From the NCBI GenBank assembly GCA_043788295.1, contig JAYVUC010000120.1, forward strand, positions 168-64,167: 64,000 nt of DNA, written 5' to 3'. This stretch comes from Phycisphaerales bacterium (lineage in GTDB: Bacteria > Planctomycetota > Phycisphaerae > Phycisphaerales > UBA1924). Below the pieces are notes generated by a model. That model worked only from the letters and a program-made list of their open reading frames with translations. It made no database searches and was not told where the DNA came from. Below are positions 1-9,166 of this stretch, piece by piece. Each line of letters opens with the position of its first letter. The first letter of the stretch is position 1. The position numbers were made by a program, and so were the translations under genes.

Positions 1-23
1 ACGAACGACTCAAACAGCCGAAC

Positions 24-1613
24 CTATGCCGGCCTGATGCCGCGATAAAGCGCCTGCACCCGTTCGATTTCCTGCTTCTTCACTACCTCAAGGATGTACC
101 GCGGAATCCGCCACTGGTTCTGCAGGCTCGTGACCGCCGCACAGTGCTCGCTCACAGCCCGGTACAGAAACTTGAACGCGTCCCGCGGCTGGTGCATGTG
201 CTCCAGCGACTCCGTGAGATCGTTGAGCGATACATCCTCGGCGAAAAGATCGATCAGATTCAGGCCCGCCCCGGGAAGCTGCAACCCCACCGACGCCGCC
301 TTCGTACTCGCCCGCAGGCGGCTGTTGCAAAGGTCGTACAGCGTCGCGCCCGACCACGAGAGACGATCGACAAACCCCTGCTTGTCGAGCCGCGCCTCCT
401 GGAAGAAAGAGTTGGACTCCTTGTACAACGCGTGGCGGAGTTCGATCGGCAGCAGCATCTTCACGCCAATGCCGTCGAGCTGCAGCAGCCGATTGTTCAG
501 CAGCGGCCAGATCACGGCCTTCATGCGGTCCATGTCGCCGCTGATCAGCGGCGGCTCGTCCACGCGATCAATGACCACCACGATCCCCGCATAGCACAGC
601 GACACCATCGCGCGGCGAAGGCGGTCGAGCAGGGCGTACCGTGTCTCGGGCGCGTCGGTCGTCGGCGCGTGCGAGCGCGTGCGCCCATCGACCATGCCAA
701 GCGAGCGGGCGAAACTGGCAAACCCGCGGCCCGCCGAAGGAATCTGCTTGCGCATCCGGCGGCCCATCTGACGAATGGCAATCACGCGGCGCGAAAGATA
801 CGCAATGAGCATGAGCCCGTACGCGCCCGCCCCCGTGATAAGCGCCCACTTCACCCATTCGGAGTGCCGAACCGCGTCGGGCTGATCCTTCGACCAGATG
901 TAAAACGCAATGACCGCGAGCGGCCAAAGGACCAGCAGCACACGCGCCGCCACGTCACCCGGCGAAACGCGAATCCCCAGCCGGCGACGCAGTCGCCGCG
1001 TGCGCTCATCGGCCTGCCCCGGGCGGTCGTACAACGCCTGAAGCAGCAGCAAATCACGCCGCACATCCGGATCGAGCCGACGGACAGCCTTCTTTGGCTC
1101 GGGACCGATCGAGATCATCTGCTCGATCGACGCTTCAGGCTGCGGATCGCCCAGCATCGCGTCGGTGAGCCGCCCCATGACCGCCGCGAGAATCGCATCA
1201 AGATGGTCGGCGAGACGAATGCGCTGGAACGAATCCAGCGGTGTCTTGCCGTTGTACCGCTCGTGAATCCGCACGAGCAAGGTGTTCAGCTCATCGTGAG
1301 CTATCAGCAGCACCTTCGCGTCGGGGTTCTCCGCGTTGTGCTCGCGGATGCGCGCCGCGATCTGCAGCCGCATCGCCGTCTTGCCGCTCCCCTTCTCGCC
1401 GAAAACGACGGCCGAACTCGGGGCCCGCAAATCGCCCATCACACGATCAAAGTCCGCGTGATACGCCGCGTTGCCGCCCAGATTGACGGGCACCGACAGA
1501 GCCTTGGCCCCCTGCCCGTTCATCCGCCCGAAAACCCGGTCCGTGCGTGCCTCCTCGCCCTGAAACGGGTTCTCGACGAGATTCCAATGTTGGAGGAATT
1601 CATGGAGAGTCAT
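24..1613 (-). CDS. KAP-like P-loop NTPase with membrane-helix insertion (hypothetical ATPase)
   Basis: ORF 24..1739 trimmed to the ATG at 1613 (MTLHEF...); the upstream 42 codons run through a low-complexity repeat. Walker A FGEKGSGKTAM. Two hydrophobic helices (VLLVLWPLAVIAFYIW, WALITGAGAYGLMLIAYL) lie between Walker A and a Walker-B-like VVVIDRVDEP. Confidence 0.6.
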   Translation of the reverse strand: MTLHEFLQHWNLVENPFQGEEARTDRVFGRMNGQGAKALSVPVNLGGNAAYHADFDRVMGDLRAPSSAVVFGEKGSGKTAMRLQIAARIREHNAENPDAKVLLIAHDELNTLLVRIHERYNGKTPLDSFQRIRLADHLDAILAAVMGRLTDAMLGDPQPEASIEQMISIGPEPKKAVRRLDPDVRRDLLLLQALYDRPGQADERTRRLRRRLGIRVSPGDVAARVLLVLWPLAVIAFYIWSKDQPDAVRHSEWVKWALITGAGAYGLMLIAYLSRRVIAIRQMGRRMRKQIPSAGRGFASFARSLGMVDGRTRSHAPTTDAPETRYALLDRLRRAMVSLCYAGIVVVIDRVDEPPLISGDMDRMKAVIWPLLNNRLLQLDGIGVKMLLPIELRHALYKESNSFFQEARLDKQGFVDRLSWSGATLYDLCNSRLRASTKAASVGLQLPGAGLNLIDLFAEDVSLNDLTESLEHMHQPRDAFKFLYRAVSEHCAAVTSLQNQWRIPRYILEVVKKQEIERVQALYRGIRPA

Positions 1614-1705
1614 AGGGGATGCGACAAAGAGACAAAGAAACAATGAGACGAATTGAACGAGGAGGGGAGCAAAGCGCAGAGAGCCGCGGGCATCCGCCCC
1701 CACTT

Positions 1706-1737
1706 CGTCTCTCCGTCTCTCCGTCTCTCCGTCTCTC
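1706..1737. repeat. Tandem octamer (CGTCTCTC)x4 inside a strand-asymmetric purine/pyrimidine tract
   Basis: Four perfect contiguous copies read directly. The surrounding 1620-1740 is also rich in AGAGAC/GTCTCT-type words (gacaaagagacaaagaaac). Confidence 0.9.
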
Positions 1738-1748
1738 ACGCACTCGCA

Positions 1749-3179
1749 TCAGTGAGCCACCTTCTGCCCCAGCCTGGGCGACAGCATCGCGAGCGCCTTC
1801 TCCAGCGTGACCTTGTCCTTCGCCTCGGCGTTGAGGCGCAGCAGCGGCTCGGTGTTGCTCTTTCGGATATTCGCCCACCACCCGTGCTTGGCAAAGCAGT
1901 CGATCGTCACACCGTCCAGCTCATCGAGCTTGCCGCCAGCCGCCGAACCGGGCCCGTATTCCTTCCTGAGTGAGGCCAGCGCGCCGTCCTTGTCCTCGAT
2001 AGTGAAATTGATCTCACCCGACTGCACATACCGGGCAATAGGCTTGATGAGGTCGCTCAGGTGCTTCCCGGTCTGCGAAAGTATCGATAGAATCACGCTC
2101 ATCGCGATCGCGCCCGAGTCGGCGTTGTAGTTGTCGCGGAAATAAAAGTGCCCCGAAAGCTCACCGCCGAAGATGCACCCGTGCTCCGCGAGTGCCGCCT
2201 TCATGTTCACATGCCCGACCTTGCCACGCACCGGCTTGCCGCCAGCCTTGGTGATGTCCTCCTCGACCGCCTTGGTCGAGCGCAGGTCGTACGCGATACC
2301 GCTCCCAGGGTGATCCTTGAGAAAATACTTGCCCATGAGCACCGTCAGGTGGTCGCACCCCACGATGTGCCCCTTCTCATCCACCGCGAAACACCGGTCC
2401 GCGTCGCCGTCGTAGCAGAAGCCCACGTCGGCCTTGTGCCTGAGCACCGCCTCCTGCGTCCACTTCATGTTCGCGGCCACCAGCGGATTGGGCTCGTGAA
2501 CGAACGTGCCCTTGGTGTTGTCGAAGTGCAGCGGGATGATCTCAAGCCCAGGCGGCACGCCCAGCGACGACTCCTTGCCGAAGATCTTGGGAATCATCGT
2601 CCCCGCCATCCCGTTGCTGGCGTCGATCACCACCCTCAGCTTTTTCCCGGGCGAGAGATTCAGGAAGCTCCGAACGTGCTCCGTGTACGCCACCCAGAGT
2701 TCACGGGCCTCGTACCGCCCGTTCGACGACTGCATCGTCTGTTTGTCCACCATCGCGGCGTACTTGCGGACATCCGCCAGCCCCGACGCCTCGCCCACGG
2801 GCTTGGCCTTGCGCTTGCTGATCTTGAACCCGTTGTAGTTCGGCGGATTATGGCTCGCCGTCACCATCACGCCGCCCGCGCAGTCGAGATGATTCACCGC
2901 GAAATAAATGAACGACGTGTCGACCATCCCGACATCGATCACGTCCCCCCCCTGATCGCGGATGCCCTGCATCACCGCCCGAGCCAATCCCGGCGAGTGC
3001 GACCGCATGTCGCGCCCCACCACCACGTTCCTCATCATCGGGCTAGTGTCACCCGCAGCCGCCGCATCGTGCAGCAAAAACTTGCTGCTCCCAAACCCGA
3101 TCTGCCACGCCATCTGCTCATTGAGCATGTCCGGCACGGTCCCGCGAATGTCATACGCCTTGAAGATTCGGCCCAGCAT
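1749..3179 (-). CDS. Phosphomannomutase/phosphoglucomutase (alpha-D-phosphohexomutase)
   Basis: 476 aa. Active-site loop TASHNPPNYNGFK, metal loop FCYDGDADRC, N-terminal FKAYDIRG. Confidence 0.9.
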   Translation of the reverse strand: MLGRIFKAYDIRGTVPDMLNEQMAWQIGFGSSKFLLHDAAAAGDTSPMMRNVVVGRDMRSHSPGLARAVMQGIRDQGGDVIDVGMVDTSFIYFAVNHLDCAGGVMVTASHNPPNYNGFKISKRKAKPVGEASGLADVRKYAAMVDKQTMQSSNGRYEARELWVAYTEHVRSFLNLSPGKKLRVVIDASNGMAGTMIPKIFGKESSLGVPPGLEIIPLHFDNTKGTFVHEPNPLVAANMKWTQEAVLRHKADVGFCYDGDADRCFAVDEKGHIVGCDHLTVLMGKYFLKDHPGSGIAYDLRSTKAVEEDITKAGGKPVRGKVGHVNMKAALAEHGCIFGGELSGHFYFRDNYNADSGAIAMSVILSILSQTGKHLSDLIKPIARYVQSGEINFTIEDKDGALASLRKEYGPGSAAGGKLDELDGVTIDCFAKHGWWANIRKSNTEPLLRLNAEAKDKVTLEKALAMLSPRLGQKVAH

Positions 3180-3400
3180 GTGAGATAGGTCTCCGAGATA
3201 GGGCAGGGGCGGTTACGGCTGACCACGCCCCACAGACTCAATGGCCCCCAGCATAGCCGATCACTTACCCAAATATCTTCCGAACAAACCTGAACGGCAT
3301 CCAAACATCGAACAATCGCCCTTTACGAAGGGGCCCAGGGGCGGTATGGTGCGCACGCGGCGACCTCGAGGGCCAACAATCGTCGGAGGAGCAAGGACTT

Positions 3401-4588
3401 ATGCGGAATCGTGCAGCCTGTGTTTGCGGCGGCGTTCGTGCGCTCGCGGCAACGGCTCTCTCAACCTTGGCGGGTACAGCGGTTGCCCAGCCCCAGGTTC
3501 TGACTGTGACACCAGCAGCCGACACCACCATCCTGGTCAACAACCTCGCACCTTCGTTCGACCTCAGTAACGGCAAGGGGCCGATTTTCTGCGGGCGCAC
3601 CTACACGCGGGCGGACATCGTGCAGCGCGGGCTCGTGCGCTTCGACCTCAGCCAGATCCCGCCGGGATCGACGATCACAAGTGCCGCTCTTACGCTGAGC
3701 CTCATTCGTGGCGGTTCCGGTGCGTCGAGCCCGACGGTCGAACTGCACCGCCTCCTCGCGTCGTGGGGTGAGGGTGAGTCGGAGGCCTCGGGCGGGAGCG
3801 GCGCGAACAGCCTGCCGGGCGACGCGAACTGGCACAAGCGTTTCTATCCCGACGTGAGCTGGGCGAACGAGGGCGGCGACTTTGACACTGCTGTCAGCTC
3901 ATCGCGGGGAGTCTCGCGCACGGGCGGCCCGATGACGTGGGCTTCAACCACGCGGATGGTGAGCGACGTGACGGGCTGGGTGAACAACCCCGGGACAAAC
4001 TTTGGATGGCTCATCCGCAACAACGAGTCAGCGCGCGGGACCGCGCGGCAGTTTGCGAGCCGCGAGAGCACCTCGGGAGGGACGCGGCCCTCGCTGCGCA
4101 TCGAGTACGTGCCCTGCGTGGCTGCCGTACTTTCGGGAAGCGGTTCGGCATCGATCTGCCCCAGCGGATCTGCGAGTTTCAGCACTACCGCGACTGGCAC
4201 GGGGCCGTTCGCATTCGCGTGGCGCAAGGGAACTACCGCGGTCGCGACAAGGCCCGGCGTCACGATCACAACCTCGCCCGACGGCAAGTCGTGCACACTC
4301 ACCTTCGCATCGGCGGCGTTGACCGACGCGGGGCGGGGTGCTGGCGGGTATTCGTGCGTGGTGACGAGCCCCTGCGGCTCGGTTTCGAGCACGACATGGG
4401 ACCTCGCGGTGTGTGCGGGCGATTTCAACTGCGACGGCGCGGTGGATTTTTTTGACTACGACGCCTTCGTGACATGCTTTGAGGGGCAAGGGTGCCCGGC
4501 GGGAAAGACGGCGGATTTCAACGCCGACACCGCCGTCGACTTCTTCGACTTCGACGACTTCGTGCTGGCGTTCGAGTCGCCCTGCTGA
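3401..4588 (+). CDS. Secreted protein: DNRLRE/beta-sandwich-like N-domain, Ig-like domain, C-terminal double EF-hand/dockerin-like Cys module
   Basis: Signal peptide (ALAATALSTLAGTAVAQP) and GGAGGAG RBS. LVRFDLSQIPPGSTITSAALTLSL...ASWGEGE pattern. Ig-like YSCVVTSPCG. Ends CAGDFNCDGAVDFFDYD...DFNADTAVDFFDFDDFVLAFESPC-stop. Confidence 0.75.
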   Translation: MRNRAACVCGGVRALAATALSTLAGTAVAQPQVLTVTPAADTTILVNNLAPSFDLSNGKGPIFCGRTYTRADIVQRGLVRFDLSQIPPGSTITSAALTLSLIRGGSGASSPTVELHRLLASWGEGESEASGGSGANSLPGDANWHKRFYPDVSWANEGGDFDTAVSSSRGVSRTGGPMTWASTTRMVSDVTGWVNNPGTNFGWLIRNNESARGTARQFASRESTSGGTRPSLRIEYVPCVAAVLSGSGSASICPSGSASFSTTATGTGPFAFAWRKGTTAVATRPGVTITTSPDGKSCTLTFASAALTDAGRGAGGYSCVVTSPCGSVSSTTWDLAVCAGDFNCDGAVDFFDYDAFVTCFEGQGCPAGKTADFNADTAVDFFDFDDFVLAFESPC

Positions 4589-4596
4589 ACCAGCGG

Positions 4597-6789
4597 CTAC
4601 GGGATGTCGAGCGGGCCATCGACGCGGCTCACCGGCACGCCCGGCGGCAGCGCGTTGATGAACAATCGGCCATAGCGAGCCGTGACGAGCCGAGGGTCGA
4701 GCACGACCACTCGCCCGCGATCTTCCTTGCTGCGGATCAGGCGTCCGAAGCCCTGCTTGAAGCGGATGAGAGCACGGGGGATAGCGTCTTCCATGAACGG
4801 GTTGCCGCCACGCAGGCGGATCAGCTCGCCCCGCGCCTCGGTGAGCGGGCGATCGGGCGGATCGAATGGCAGCTTGGTGATGATGACGTTCCGCAGCGCC
4901 CTGCCCCGCACATCAACACCCTGCCAGAAGCTCGCGGCACCCAGCAGCACGCTCGAATCGTTCTCGCGGAATCGCCGCAGGATCTCCTCGCGCGAGCCGT
5001 CGAGCCCTTGCGCGAGCATCGGGTACCCCAGGGCGTCGAGTTCCGATCGCAGTGCCCGCGCGACGGCGTTGAGCGTGGCGAAGCTGGTGAAGAGCACGAA
5101 CGCCCCGCCACAGGATTCCTTGACGTGCTCCAGAATGCACACCGAGAGCTTGTCTGTGTACGACGCTGTTGATCCGCCGGTGGGTGGCGGCACAAACTCA
5201 TCGTCGCTCCCGCCCGATCGCGGCTTTCTGCCCGCGCTCGCGGCATCGACACGCACGTCGACGATGAGCTGCACCTGAGCCGCGTAATCGAAGGGGCTGC
5301 CGACCTGGAGCGTCCGCACCGTTCGCTCGGTGAGCGCGTCGCAGCCAAGTCGCGTCATGGCGTGGCTGAACGCGGTCTCGGCGTGCTCGCTGCTCTCGCC
5401 CGAGTCGGTGGCGCGGGCCCGGGTCGCCAGCGTCGCGCTGGTGAGCACCACGCTGTGCTCACGCGAGAAAAGGTGCTGTTTGAGCAGCGGCGCGACCTCG
5501 ACGGGGGCGCACGCGACCGAAACGCGCCGCGACCGGCCTCCGAGCAGCTCCGAATCGCCGCCCGCCTCGACCCAGTACGCGCAGCCCGGCAGTTTTTGCT
5601 CCGCGAGCGTCACCGCAGCCTCGGCGATCATGCGGGCTCGCTGCGAGTATGAGTTCAGCTCGTACTGATCCGGCTCGTTCTTCGCCGCGTCTCGAAGTCC
5701 ATGCAACGCAAGCGAGAGCTGCGACATCGCGTTCGCAAGATCGGGGGACAAGAGCCCAGGCTGCCGGTAACGGATCGTGCCCGGCTCGGCCGACCACGAC
5801 GAGCCCCGACGCGGGAGCAGATCGACCGCCGACTCGAAGAACATTCGACTGGCAGCCTCGGCCCGGGCCACGAGATTGATCGCCGCGTCCACGCGCGCCA
5901 CGTCGGTGGTGTGCCCCGAAAGGTGCGGGAGGAAACCCTTGCCCGTCCGCCCCGCGTGGAGCGTGTGCAGCAGGTGGTTGATCCGCCCCTCGGTGAGCGT
6001 GACGCCGAAGTGCTCGCTGGCGACGTCCTCGACGTTGTGGGCCTCGTCGAGCACGACGTGGTCGTACTTGGGAAGGAAGCCGACGTCCTGCGCACGCAAT
6101 GCAAGGTCGCTGAAGTAAAGCGCGTGGTTGCAGATGAGCAGATTCGACCGTTCGAGCCGGTGTCGTGCGTTCTGATAGAAACAGATGTTGTGCGTCGGAC
6201 ACTTGCGCCCCATGCAGTTGCCCGTGTCGCTCTCCACCTTGTCCCACACGCCTGGCCTCTCCAGCGGCGGGAGCGTGCTGAGCGTCCCCTCGAGCGTCTC
6301 GGCAGCCCAGTCCTCAATCACATGCAGCGATCGGCGTGCGGCGGGGTCGCCAAAGAGCTTGTCCTGCCGCTGACTCGCCTGACGCAAGCGACGGATACTG
6401 AGATAGTTGCCGCGACCCTTCACCAGCACGGGCCGAATCTTCGCACGCTGAAAGTCCTCGTCGTCGGTGAGATCGGGCGAGGCGGCGGGGTCGAGCAGTT
6501 CCCGAAGCAGCGGGATGTCCTTCTTGACGAGCTGCTCTTGAAGAGCGATTGTGTGCGTGGCGATGACGACCGTTTCACCCGCGATCGCCCGGAGCATCGC
6601 GGGCACCAGATACGCGAAGCTCTTGCCAACGCCAGTGCCGGCTTCGACCAGAAGGATCGACTTCTCGTCGAACGCACGGGAAATCGCCTGTGCGACCTCG
6701 CCCTGCTCGGGGCGCGACTCGAACGACGGGCCCAGCCGATCCGCGACTGGGCCACCGGGCCCAAGGAGTTCGCGGGCAGCCATAGTCAT
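4597..6789 (-). CDS. dinG: DinG/Rad3-family ATP-dependent DNA helicase (Fe-S type)
   Basis: 730 aa. Walker A EAGTGVGKSFAYLVPA, DEAH box VVLDEAHNVED, Cys cluster CMGRKCPTHNICFY. Confidence 0.85.
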   Translation of the reverse strand: MTMAARELLGPGGPVADRLGPSFESRPEQGEVAQAISRAFDEKSILLVEAGTGVGKSFAYLVPAMLRAIAGETVVIATHTIALQEQLVKKDIPLLRELLDPAASPDLTDDEDFQRAKIRPVLVKGRGNYLSIRRLRQASQRQDKLFGDPAARRSLHVIEDWAAETLEGTLSTLPPLERPGVWDKVESDTGNCMGRKCPTHNICFYQNARHRLERSNLLICNHALYFSDLALRAQDVGFLPKYDHVVLDEAHNVEDVASEHFGVTLTEGRINHLLHTLHAGRTGKGFLPHLSGHTTDVARVDAAINLVARAEAASRMFFESAVDLLPRRGSSWSAEPGTIRYRQPGLLSPDLANAMSQLSLALHGLRDAAKNEPDQYELNSYSQRARMIAEAAVTLAEQKLPGCAYWVEAGGDSELLGGRSRRVSVACAPVEVAPLLKQHLFSREHSVVLTSATLATRARATDSGESSEHAETAFSHAMTRLGCDALTERTVRTLQVGSPFDYAAQVQLIVDVRVDAASAGRKPRSGGSDDEFVPPPTGGSTASYTDKLSVCILEHVKESCGGAFVLFTSFATLNAVARALRSELDALGYPMLAQGLDGSREEILRRFRENDSSVLLGAASFWQGVDVRGRALRNVIITKLPFDPPDRPLTEARGELIRLRGGNPFMEDAIPRALIRFKQGFGRLIRSKEDRGRVVVLDPRLVTARYGRLFINALPPGVPVSRVDGPLDIP

Positions 6790-7625
6790 GCGGGCCTGGC
6801 CTTGTGTGCGGATTCGGGCTTGGTTTCGGGCTTGCCACCGATGGGCACGCGGGATGGCTCGCCGTCGCCGCGCGGATACGAACGCGGGGTGGCCGACGAC
6901 TTCTCAAGCACCACGACATGGCCCGTGGGTGTCTGGATCGTCGAGACGTACACCGCCTTCAACTCGTGCAGGGCTTTGGCCGCCTCAACAATCTCCTCGG
7001 GTGCCTGGGCGCCCTTCGTGAGAAGAACTCGACCGCCGATCTTGCAGAGCGGAACCGTGAGTTCCGCGAGAACATTCAGCCGCCCAACCGCCCGCGCGAG
7101 CACGGCGTCGTACACCTCGCGGTGTCCCTCGGAGCCTCGGGTCTGCCCGGCGATCTCGGCCCGCTCCTGGGCCACATGGACATTCCTGAGTTGCAGCAGT
7201 TCGGCGGCCCGTGTGAGAAACGCGGCCTTGCGACCCGACGATTCAAGAAGCGTGAACGAAAGCCCGGACATGCAGCACGCGAGCGGCAACCCAGGCAACC
7301 CGCCACCCGAGCCCACGTCGATCACGCGCGAGTCGTCGGGGAGTTCGGCGAGCATGCCCATGAGCGTGAGGGAGTCGAAGATGTGCCGCGTCCACGCCTG
7401 CTCGGGGTCGCGTACCGCCGTGAGGTTCATCGACTCGTTGGCCTGCAAGAGCAAGGCGAGATAAACCCCGAGCCGCTCGACATCGCCCGGATCGAACAGG
7501 ATGCCCTGCGCCTCGCACGCATCAAGAAAGCCCGCTGGCGGCACGAGCGCGGCCGGAGCCTTGTCGGGCAGGATCGCGGCGACTTCACGGGGGGAACCCT
7601 TGGCGCGGTCTTGGCTTGGGTGCAT
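6786..7625 (-). CDS. rsmG: 16S rRNA (guanine527-N7)-methyltransferase RsmG (GidB)
   Basis: SAM motif VIDVGSGGGLPGLPLA. Its stop overlaps the dinG start by 4 nt (same strand, likely operon). Confidence 0.85.
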   Translation of the reverse strand: MHPSQDRAKGSPREVAAILPDKAPAALVPPAGFLDACEAQGILFDPGDVERLGVYLALLLQANESMNLTAVRDPEQAWTRHIFDSLTLMGMLAELPDDSRVIDVGSGGGLPGLPLACCMSGLSFTLLESSGRKAAFLTRAAELLQLRNVHVAQERAEIAGQTRGSEGHREVYDAVLARAVGRLNVLAELTVPLCKIGGRVLLTKGAQAPEEIVEAAKALHELKAVYVSTIQTPTGHVVVLEKSSATPRSYPRGDGEPSRVPIGGKPETKPESAHKARPA

Positions 7626-7775
7626 GGGAGATGGTACGGGGGTCGGCTGGCGATCAGAATCCTGACTGGAGCCTGATTCTCATCCTAGAATTGGCGGTTG
7701 CGGGCTGTCGGGATGGAATTTAGGCAGTTTTGGGAGTTGGGGCTTGCCGTTTGCCGAGAAACTGTTAACCTATAG

Positions 7776-8165
7776 GTGAACAAGGTGTCAACCGGGCCGC
7801 AGGTGATGACGATTCGGAGTTGGCCCACTGGCGGCACCTTTAATCTACTGGGAGATGGAGCCATTCGGGACTGGAATGATCTTGGTATACGGGAGCAGGA
7901 AAAAGTCTTAAAGCGAGCTGAGATGGCGAGCATCAAGGGAAATCCACTCGACAAGACAAAGATCAGGTGGATCCAAGGAGTGGGAGCGGAAGGCAGTCTG
8001 GAGCTCAAAGTTCAGAATCCGCCATTGCGGGCAATCGGTGTGAAGTTGGGCGAACAGTGGTATTTCACTTGGATTGGCCGAAAGCCCAAGGAGCGCGAAG
8101 TCCATGGTTTTGGGAAGCGGGCAGTTGGACTCCGAGACGAGTTCTTGAGGTGGCGGGGAAAGTGA
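7776..8165 (+). CDS. RelE/HigB-like (Gp49-type) toxin candidate
   Basis: 129 aa (GTG 7776; alternative ATG 7806). Pattern ...GSLELKVQNPPLRAIGVKLGEQWYFTWIGRK... resembles Gp49/RelE-fold killer proteins. Sits 7 nt upstream of an XRE HTH gene in an AT-richer islet. Confidence 0.5.
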   Translation: MNKVSTGPQVMTIRSWPTGGTFNLLGDGAIRDWNDLGIREQEKVLKRAEMASIKGNPLDKTKIRWIQGVGAEGSLELKVQNPPLRAIGVKLGEQWYFTWIGRKPKEREVHGFGKRAVGLRDEFLRWRGK

Positions 8166-8172
8166 GCGTTGA

Positions 8173-8616
8173 ATGAAACCCAAGCGAGTTTGCATGATTG
8201 ACGAAAGAAGCCGGTACGCGAACCAGGCTCGATTCCTCGAAGAGGTTTCGGAGGGCCTTCGAGCGCTGATGGAGAAGGAAGGGCGGACCAAGGCGTGGCT
8301 TGCCGACGCGCTGGGATGTAGTCGGCCGGCGGTGTCGAAGATTCTCGAAGGGTCGCACAATTTCACGCTTGAGAAGCTCGCCGATGTGTGCCTTGCCCTG
8401 GATCGCGGGGTGCATGTGACGTTTGGAGCAAATCCGGTGGAGATGCGGCTTGTGCAAGATGAGGCAAACATGAGTTTTCGGTACGTGCCCACGCCGAAGA
8501 ATGGATCGTCGAGCTCACCCTTCCAGATTGACGTGTACCGCGCTGCGGAGAAGTTGGCGAGGACCAAGTCTCAATCACAGAGTTCCTCGCAGCTGGGCCT
8601 GCCAATCGTCGCGTGA
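8173..8616 (+). CDS. XRE-family HTH antitoxin candidate (HigA-like) with long C-terminal tail
   Basis: 147 aa. HTH WLADALGCSRPAVSKILEGSHNFTLEKLADVCLAL, followed by a ~60-aa Ser/Gln-rich tail (possible chaperone-addiction region). Confidence 0.7.
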   Translation: MKPKRVCMIDERSRYANQARFLEEVSEGLRALMEKEGRTKAWLADALGCSRPAVSKILEGSHNFTLEKLADVCLALDRGVHVTFGANPVEMRLVQDEANMSFRYVPTPKNGSSSSPFQIDVYRAAEKLARTKSQSQSSSQLGLPIVA

Positions 8617-8623
8617 GATCGCC

Positions 8624-9124
8624 ATGGAAACAAAGCGAATCCAAGACCGTATTTCAGCGCAGGCGGCGCTCATCAAGATGGGCACAATCGGTGTTCCTGT
8701 TCAGCTCATCGAATTTCGAATTCTCAAACGCAGCTATGAGATCAGTCCACGAATTGAGGTTCCTGGCTCGGTTCAGTTGCAGACCGGACAGGGATTTGAT
8801 GTTCTTAACGAGAATATTCAAGTCTCCACCGAATTCCGCACGGTGCTCAGTCCCAAGAATTTTGATGGCAAGGCAACGGACAATTTGTCGCTTTCAGTAT
8901 CCCAGTCGATCGGGGTCTCATACCTATTCCCCGAGACTGCCGACATGGACGCGAGGATCATCTTCGCTTTGATCGGCGGCGTGATGACGGCGTGGCCTTA
9001 TTGGAGAACCTTTGTCCATTCCTCCACCGCCGAAGCAGGAATGCATGTCCGGTTTGCGCCCTTGATACAACCGTTGGAAGCAGCGGGGATGGCGGGATTC
9101 AGAGACCAGACTGCTGCGTCGTAG
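8624..9124 (+). CDS. SecB-like chaperone candidate
   Basis: 166 aa from ATG 8624 (within ORF 8501..9124). The C-terminal segment IGGVMTAWPYWRTFVHSSTAEAGMHVRFAPLIQP parallels the SecB signature segment (E. coli ...[29 protein letters not shown], as I remember it). Size and position match SecB-like partners of HigBA modules. Confidence 0.5.
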   Translation: METKRIQDRISAQAALIKMGTIGVPVQLIEFRILKRSYEISPRIEVPGSVQLQTGQGFDVLNENIQVSTEFRTVLSPKNFDGKATDNLSLSVSQSIGVSYLFPETADMDARIIFALIGGVMTAWPYWRTFVHSSTAEAGMHVRFAPLIQPLEAAGMAGFRDQTAAS

Positions 9125-9166
9125 CGGTTCTGATCCGAATTGTTTGGATCGCTCGAACAACTTTGC

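Noticed and set aside
7626-9166. Calling the AT-richer islet (and the 19.6-23.3 kb patch) a mobile element or prophage remnant.
   Set aside because: No integrase, transposase, tRNA attachment site or flanking direct repeats were found. Only composition and gene content are atypical.
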